The position numbers were made by a program, and so were the translations under genes. From NCBI GenBank assembly GCA_048885525.1, contig JBHLLP010000052.1:1-23649 (forward strand): a stretch of 23,649 bases of DNA, given 5' to 3'. A model generated the notes under the pieces. The model was not told where the DNA came from, ran no database searches, and saw nothing but the letters and a program-made list of their open reading frames with translations. Origin of the DNA: Candidatus Hermodarchaeota archaeon (GTDB lineage: Archaea > Asgardarchaeota > Lokiarchaeia > Sigyniarchaeales > SOKP01). Of this stretch, positions 17,798 to 23,649 are shown in pieces (position 1 is the first letter of the stretch; every line of letters begins with the position of its first letter).

Positions 17798-18883
17798 TTA
17801 ATCTGGTACGGATATTGGATAATTACCATATTTCTTTCTGATATTATCCATTGCAATAAATCTGCCAACCGTTACAGCTGGATGAATACTATGTCCAGAA
17901 CCAAATAGATATCCCCCACCTGGTGCCAATTCACGTATTAATCTTTTAGAATATTCTTCAATTTCAGAAATTTCTCCCAATGCTAAAGATACAGGGCTTA
18001 CATTTCCAGAAAAAGTTATTCTATCCCCAAATTTCTCGTGAAGTTTAAAAATATCATAATCAGGATTGTTAGTAGTTGGTTCAATTGGATTTATGACATC
18101 AACGCCACACTTAATAATATCTTCAAAAATTTCTAATATATCACCATCAGAATGAAGCATGATTTTACAATCACGTTTGTGAGCGGCATCACATACTCGT
18201 TTTAGCCAAGGAAATACATATTTATGAAAATATAGAGGTTTCATAAACAAACCATTCTTGAAACCATAATCATCCCACAATAATACCATTTGAGCATCAT
18301 TTTCTGCAAATATTTTAACAATTTCAACCGTGAAATTTCCATAATCATCAAATACTTTTTTAGCTTGTTTAGGGTGTACAAGTATTCTTGAAAAGGTTTG
18401 TAATCCAAAACCCTCTAAGGGTCCTTCTAAAATGCTTGCGGTTGCTGGAATTGAAAAAACCTCGTCATTAAGCTCTTCTTGGGCTTTTTTACCATTGAAA
18501 AATTGTTTTAATCGTTCTTCATAATGGGGATCTGGCTTTTCCCAACTTTCATAATCTTCAAAGGATTTTAAATAACCACCTTGATATGCTAATATTAAAG
18601 TTCCATCTTTTTGATTCTCTAACTTTATTATCCGACCATACTCATCAACATATAATTTACCAAGTTTAAGAGATTTTCGAAGTAAGAGACTAACATAACT
18701 TAACACTAAATCAATTTGGACTTTTCGAAAAAATTTATACATTATTTGATAACCTCGACCACCACTAGGATCGACTCCAAAATGTCTTACAATCGTATTA
18801 TTTGTAAATGCACTTTCAAAAGCTGGAACTCTGTCGGGTTCTTCATGATTTATAGCTTTTAATACTCTTTCTGGTGCTTTTAT
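17798..18883 (-). CDS. Uroporphyrinogen decarboxylase / MtaA-like family protein, apparent ATA start
   Basis: The frame extends 47 codons upstream of the listed ATG to give (M)KAPERVLKAINHEEPDRVP, the family N-terminal motif. Also DDYG, HSDG and GGGYLFGSGHSI. An AGGGG SD-like sequence precedes the ATA. Confidence 0.85.
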   Translation of the reverse strand: MKAPERVLKAINHEEPDRVPAFESAFTNNTIVRHFGVDPSGGRGYQIMYKFFRKVQIDLVLSYVSLLLRKSLKLGKLYVDEYGRIIKLENQKDGTLILAYQGGYLKSFEDYESWEKPDPHYEERLKQFFNGKKAQEELNDEVFSIPATASILEGPLEGFGLQTFSRILVHPKQAKKVFDDYGNFTVEIVKIFAENDAQMVLLWDDYGFKNGLFMKPLYFHKYVFPWLKRVCDAAHKRDCKIMLHSDGDILEIFEDIIKCGVDVINPIEPTTNNPDYDIFKLHEKFGDRITFSGNVSPVSLALGEISEIEEYSKRLIRELAPGGGYLFGSGHSIHPAVTVGRFIAMDNIRKKYGNYPISVPD

Positions 18884-18978
18884 TTTCTTTCCCCTAAATT
18901 CTAAAGTTAAATTAGTTTAAAATTTGTTATAACATTAATTTTGTTAAATAATGAATTCTTAAAAAAAGATCGTGATTT

Positions 18979-19593
18979 ATGACTAAACTTAAACGGTTAG
19001 AAAGAGGCTTCTTTATTAGAGATACAAAGGTTGTAGCAAGAGAGTTACTAGGGAATTATTTAATACGAGAAACATCGAAGGGTCAAATAATTGGAAAAAT
19101 CACTGAAGTAGAGGCTTATCTTGGACCATATGATAAAGCTAGCCATTCATATAATTATAGGAAGACTAATAGAACTGAAGTAATGTATATGGTTCCCGGA
19201 ACTTTATATATTTATTTGATATATGGATTATATCATTGTTTAAATGTTATAACGGAACCAGAAGGGATGCCGTGTGCGGTTTTAATTCGACAATTATATC
19301 CTATTGATGGGATTAAACTGATGATTAAAAATAGAAACATTAAAATTGGAAAAAACTTCAAAAATTTAGCTGATGGACCTGGAAAGCTATGCATGGCTTT
19401 GAATATAACAAAATCAAAATTTAATGGAACAGATTCTTGTTCTCTTAGCTCAAAGTTGTTTTTTATTGAAGGAGAGAAAAATAAGCATATATCCATTGTT
19501 ATTAATAAGAGAATTGGAATTAATTATGCAAAAGAAGATAAAGATCGGCTTTTAAGATTTACTATAAAAAATGAAAAACAATTCACTGATTGA
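18979..19593 (+). CDS. mpg: 3-methyladenine DNA glycosylase (AAG/Mpg family)
   Basis: VARELLG, ITEVEAYLG..DKASH, YIYLIYG...CLNV, AVLIR, GPGKLC and RIGI motifs. Confidence 0.93.
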   Translation: MTKLKRLERGFFIRDTKVVARELLGNYLIRETSKGQIIGKITEVEAYLGPYDKASHSYNYRKTNRTEVMYMVPGTLYIYLIYGLYHCLNVITEPEGMPCAVLIRQLYPIDGIKLMIKNRNIKIGKNFKNLADGPGKLCMALNITKSKFNGTDSCSLSSKLFFIEGEKNKHISIVINKRIGINYAKEDKDRLLRFTIKNEKQFTD

Positions 19594-19726
19594 CATTTTC
19601 TATTTTTTCTCATTACTAATTCGACATTAATGAATAAATTTAAATATCTAATTTTTCCCATATTTCATGTAGTTAGGGTCAATAGTTTGAGAGAATTATT
19701 AAAATTACTTTTAAATGTGATTTGTT

Positions 19727-20170
19727 ATAAAGGATGCTTTAAAGTTTTTTCATGCATATATTAAAGAGATGATTGATGTTGGAGGTAAAAATTTACCAAA
19801 AGCCATCTCTAGTAAATCAGGGTCAAAATTAGGAAAAATGTATAAAGAAAGAGGGTTAACTTTAGATATCGAAACTGCTTTAAAACAAGTATATATTGCA
19901 TTGAACGCAAAACCAGTGATAAAGCAATTAGATGATGGTAATTATGATGTATTAGTAAAATTTGCAAAGAAATTCTGTCCAATCGGAGGTGCAAACAATC
20001 CATCTCGAGCTTCAATTTTTCAAGAAAATATTTGTATTCCCTATATGCGAGGATTTTTAAATGAATTTTTTCCCCATCTCATTTTTGGAGAGGATATTTT
20101 AAATTGTATTCCCCGGGATAATCAAAGAACTTGCCATTACATCCTTAAAGTTCAAAAGAAAACCGTTTAA
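19727..20170 (+). CDS. MetOD1/V4R-like small-ligand-binding protein, paralog A (apparent ATA start)
   Basis: An upstream extension (M)KDALKFFHAYIKE aligns with RDALKFFQNFIYQ of paralog B. Conserved KFCPIGG, ICIPY, IL.CI and C.Y.L motifs. Confidence 0.7.
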   Translation: MKDALKFFHAYIKEMIDVGGKNLPKAISSKSGSKLGKMYKERGLTLDIETALKQVYIALNAKPVIKQLDDGNYDVLVKFAKKFCPIGGANNPSRASIFQENICIPYMRGFLNEFFPHLIFGEDILNCIPRDNQRTCHYILKVQKKTV

Positions 20171-20356
20171 ATTAAATTAAACAACATATAATATTATCCC
20201 ATGATAAAATAAATCAAAATATTTTGAATGGGAAGTGTTTCCCCTATTTATTATTAAATAAATAATACCTTTAACAATAGTTAAATAGTTCAAAATTGAG
20301 ATTTATTTATTCAATTATACTTTTTTTAACTTTAATTAAATTAAGAATCTACGAAA

Positions 20357-20821
20357 ATGTCGAAAAATCGAGATGCCTTAAAATTTTTTCAAAACTTTAT
20401 TTATCAAATGATTGATATTGGCGGGGAAAATCTCCCTAAATCGATATCTACGAGTCTAGGCTCAAAATTAGGCAAAATGTTAAGAGAGAGAGGATTTGTT
20501 GGGATTGATAGCAGTTTAAAAAAAATATATAAGGTCCTCAATGCAAAAACTAAAATGAAATCTATAGATGATAAAACACTGGATATTACACTTAAATATT
20601 CAAAAAAATTTTGCCCAATTGGGGGTAAGTTCAATCCTGATAAAGCTGAACTTATCCAGAATACAATTTGTATTCCCTATACTTCGGCTATATTAAATTC
20701 TTTTCATCCTGGCTTTAAATATGATTACGAAATATTAGAGTGTATTCTCAAATCTAATAATAGGCATTGCAGATATAAGTTAATTAAAGAACCAAAACCT
20801 ACAATTGAAAGTGGAGAGTAA
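20357..20821 (+). CDS. MetOD1/V4R-like small-ligand-binding protein, paralog B
   Basis: Tandem paralog of 19727-20170 with the same four conserved Cys. Confidence 0.72.
   Translation: MSKNRDALKFFQNFIYQMIDIGGENLPKSISTSLGSKLGKMLRERGFVGIDSSLKKIYKVLNAKTKMKSIDDKTLDITLKYSKKFCPIGGKFNPDKAELIQNTICIPYTSAILNSFHPGFKYDYEILECILKSNNRHCRYKLIKEPKPTIESGE
20755..20821 (+). repeat. Direct repeat copy 1 (3' end of paralog B)
   Basis: 57/67 nt identical, ungapped, to 23437-23503. Confidence 0.85.
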
Positions 20822-20874
20822 TTAAAGGGCTCTTTTAGATTCGCATATAATATATCCACCTTGTATTCATCGAA

Positions 20875-23289
20875 TTATCTTGTTTTTCGTCTTAAAAAAA
20901 CTATGGATATGATAAATGCTAAACCTAAAAAAGCAAATAAAGTAAATAGAAAAATAAGAGTAAAATTCACAGGAATCGGAATTATTTCTTCAAAATTTTT
21001 AAACCATATAGCTACAAAACTATATTTTGGGACATTAATTTCTAGTTTTGAATCTAGCCGTGAGTCCATCGATTTATCAACTCTACCATTATTAAATATC
21101 ATAATTGAAGCTTTGTGATTTTTAAGGTTGTTAACTCCTGATAAAGCAAGTAAATTGCCTAATTTTCCAACCCAAGTAAGATCGCTATAACCTCGATTAG
21201 CAAAAAGTAAAAGGATCTCATTATCTGGATTTCTGAATCCCTGTATTGATCCCTGATTGACAATCATCGATTTATAACCCTCAGATATAGTTTTTGTAGG
21301 GCTATCATCCCATTCGATTGGTAATAGTAGATCTCCATCCCTAAAGAAACTATAATTCCCTATTTTACGTGTCGTATAAGCGTTTAAAAGAAAAGAATAT
21401 GGATTAGGATCATAGTTTTCAACTGAAGGTAAACCACCAGTTCCACCTGGAATATATCCTCGTTCTAAATCCTCACTTATTGACCAAACATAATAATGAA
21501 AGTTACCTGGGTGAACATCAGCCCGTCCGCTAAATAATGTAAACTTATGATATATATAGCTAAATAATGGTATTGAAATACCATGAGGAAACCATCCAGA
21601 ATAACTCAGATCATATGATGTTTGATAATTCCAGAAAAGATCTAAGGGATTTAGATATGTCTCTATTATATTTTCAGAGCTTAAAGCAACTTGTGGATTA
21701 TGCAAACTCAACTTTAAACGAATATTTGATAATAATTTATTCTCTGCTTCTTGCCACCATGATCCCCCTCCGGGAGTATGTGTACTAATATTTCGATAAT
21801 CAAATTTTGGTGGGGCAACAGAAATTTGATCTAAAAACACAACATCAGCATTAAAATCACGAACTGCTCGGAAACTAAAATTAAGAACAACTTCTTGCCA
21901 CCATTGTGATGATGGATCTGGTATTGCAGCTGTAAAGTAAGGACTATATGATTCCGTATAAATAGAATCATAATAACCTGTCATATATTGAGTATTATTA
22001 GAATATGTCGCTGTTGTTATATCTACCAGTCTTCCATTGAAATAAAGCATGACTTTAGATTGCTCATTATGAACATCATTGATACCTTGTGATAAAGCAA
22101 GATCACCATCTCTGGGGGGATAATATTCAGGGTACCCTCGATCGTGGCCTTCTTTTTGCCATCCCCACCATTCTAAGAGAAAATTTGAGGATAATCCCTT
22201 ATTTTTGAATTCAAGTGGAAATTGACCCATCTCATCTACAGTGTGTCCTTCTAAAATAACATTTCCTGCATAATCTGTAGCATAAGAAGAACTTTTCCAA
22301 ATATAATCAATTATTTTTAACCATTGGGGGACATCATCTCGCTGATAAACTGAACCTTTCTCTACATACCATTGTTTAGTAGCCCATTCACGATATAAAT
22401 TAGCTGCTTCAGCCCAAGTTCGCCCTTGATAGCTTTCAAAAACTACCCAATAATCCATAGTAAAATTATTTGCTTTTTCAAAGCGCATATTATTTGATGA
22501 ATGAGATATTTCGATCTGTATTGTTTCTTTACCCCAATTATCTCCGGTTATCATAAAATATTTGTGCCTACTATTTGAATCAAGAGATGATAACATGAAT
22601 CCTCCTATGTTTGGTTCAACAAAAATTAAGAATTGCATAGAAAGGGTTCCCGGATATTCTCTATAGAATCCATAATCTAATATCGAAGAAATGGCATCCT
22701 TTATTAACCAACCTTCTCTATCTGGAACAGCAATTTCTTCTTGATTAGATGTGATAGACCAACCTTTTATGGCTGAAATATGAGGTAGGTTAACCCAACT
22801 AATACCTGTATGATTTTCATTTGCTATGACATTAATATTCATATTAATTCCAGGATGAGGAGTGTCTACTTGTATAGTAATTAAAACATACATTGGACCT
22901 TGTACTAATGGTAATTCATACTCAAGAGTGACTTTCGCTGAAGAAACAATATTGTAAATAAATGAAGAACTTGAGAGAGAATCCCATCGACTTGAATCCA
23001 TGAGTTCAATCGACCAAAACGATGTATACGAATCAGGATCAAAATTAAAATTTTGTGAAGTTATTAGATTTTCAATAGAAATAATAGTTCCTTTAGTATT
23101 CAGATCTAACACTAATTTTGTGTTATTACTTTGAATAATAAGGGATCCATTATTCATTTTAATTCCATTATTATGTGTAGAATTAATATTAGGGTCATTA
23201 ACTTGATTTTTTAAATTTATATTAATTGCAGAGATCGCAAATATTAAAAGAACTATTAAAGAAACAAAGAATTTCGAGCATTTATTCAT
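20875..23289 (-). CDS. Large secreted, C-terminally anchored glycoside-hydrolase-like protein (DUF6259/GH36-like)
   Basis: N-terminal signal/TM segment and a C-terminal TM followed by RRKTR. The TIM-barrel-like core has WWGWQ...YPEYYP, VMLYFNGRL, DVVFLDQI and SSEN..E motifs. Confidence 0.7.
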   Translation of the reverse strand: MNKCSKFFVSLIVLLIFAISAININLKNQVNDPNINSTHNNGIKMNNGSLIIQSNNTKLVLDLNTKGTIISIENLITSQNFNFDPDSYTSFWSIELMDSSRWDSLSSSSFIYNIVSSAKVTLEYELPLVQGPMYVLITIQVDTPHPGINMNINVIANENHTGISWVNLPHISAIKGWSITSNQEEIAVPDREGWLIKDAISSILDYGFYREYPGTLSMQFLIFVEPNIGGFMLSSLDSNSRHKYFMITGDNWGKETIQIEISHSSNNMRFEKANNFTMDYWVVFESYQGRTWAEAANLYREWATKQWYVEKGSVYQRDDVPQWLKIIDYIWKSSSYATDYAGNVILEGHTVDEMGQFPLEFKNKGLSSNFLLEWWGWQKEGHDRGYPEYYPPRDGDLALSQGINDVHNEQSKVMLYFNGRLVDITTATYSNNTQYMTGYYDSIYTESYSPYFTAAIPDPSSQWWQEVVLNFSFRAVRDFNADVVFLDQISVAPPKFDYRNISTHTPGGGSWWQEAENKLLSNIRLKLSLHNPQVALSSENIIETYLNPLDLFWNYQTSYDLSYSGWFPHGISIPLFSYIYHKFTLFSGRADVHPGNFHYYVWSISEDLERGYIPGGTGGLPSVENYDPNPYSFLLNAYTTRKIGNYSFFRDGDLLLPIEWDDSPTKTISEGYKSMIVNQGSIQGFRNPDNEILLLFANRGYSDLTWVGKLGNLLALSGVNNLKNHKASIMIFNNGRVDKSMDSRLDSKLEINVPKYSFVAIWFKNFEEIIPIPVNFTLIFLFTLFAFLGLAFIISIVFLRRKTR

Positions 23290-23436
23290 TAAATAACTTT
23301 AATAGATAAGACTATTAAAGATTTTGTCGAAGGAAATAGAAAGATAAAAAAAGTTTAGTAAATATACAATTTAAATATTGACTTTAATCCATACTGAAAT
23401 CAAAAATAAATTCTTTTAGCCTTTTAATTGAACATT

Positions 23437-23503
23437 TAATAATCGACATTGCAAATATAAGTTAGTTAAAGAACCAAAAACAACAATTGAAAGTATAGAA
23501 TAG
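23437..23503 (+). pseudogene. Direct repeat copy 2: orphan 3' fragment of a paralog-B allele
   Basis: Encodes NNRHCKYKLVKEPKTTIESIE*, compared with NNRHCRYKLIKEPKPTIESGE* in paralog B. No homologous 5' part is present. Confidence 0.8.
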
Positions 23504-23564
23504 TTCAAAATAGGTTTAAAAACCTGAACCTCGATGCCAATCCTAATATTATGACCAAATTATC

Positions 23565-23649
23565 TCATACCCCTCCACACCCGCACTACAAAGCGTGAAC
23601 TACTATTCGTACGGATGCTCCCGCCAGGGCCTGTCCGGTTTTGAAATTA
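23565..23649 (-). ncRNA. ffs: Signal recognition particle (7S) RNA, 3' portion; continues past the window edge
   Basis: GC-rich island. The minus strand reads CGGA-CAGG-CCC-TGGC-GGG-AGCA-TCCG, the SRP helix 8 (domain IV) CAGG/AGCA symmetric loop. The 3' end is approximate. Confidence 0.78.

Noticed and set aside
379-21788. Short ORFs antisense to real genes (e.g. 379-744, 1200-1541, 3789-4085, 7622-8113, 20861-21118, 21567-21788)
   Set aside because: They are shadow ORFs on the opposite strand of well-supported genes and have no recognisable motifs.
1-23649. Transposases, integrases, CRISPR arrays, rRNA or tRNA genes
   Set aside because: None was recognised on either strand.

Overview
AT-rich archaeal chromosomal window whose gene content points to an Asgard archaeon, probably Lokiarchaeia. 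This is inferred from an archaeal-type S10, a longin-like protein, MetOD1/V4R-like paralogs and a Bud23-like methyltransferase. It carries nfnA-nfnB-gdhA, an ion transporter, a nucleotide-sugar dehydrogenase, a rhomboid protease, a radical SAM enzyme, rps10, a bactofilin-like protein, an inositol monophosphatase, two UROD/MtaA-family proteins, mpg, a large membrane-anchored glycosidase-like protein and the 3' part of the SRP RNA. The most interesting signals are missed by the ORF track. (1) A 31-nt intron with a canonical bulge-helix-bulge (tRNA-type) motif interrupts a response-regulator gene at 11536-11566; removing it restores the conserved IVDDEPDI motif in frame. (2) Two tandem ~50-aa ORFs (8276-8428, 8663-8800) each have an in-frame UGA shortly after a Cys, and each is followed by a covarying structured 3'-UTR RNA element. 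They are candidate selenopeptides with a non-canonical SECIS-like element. (3) Three genes, including rps10, appear to start at ATA. (4) A longin-like gene has an in-frame TAG. (5) A diverged 67-bp direct repeat brackets the glycosidase-like gene. All family assignments come from motif recognition by eye; no searches were run.
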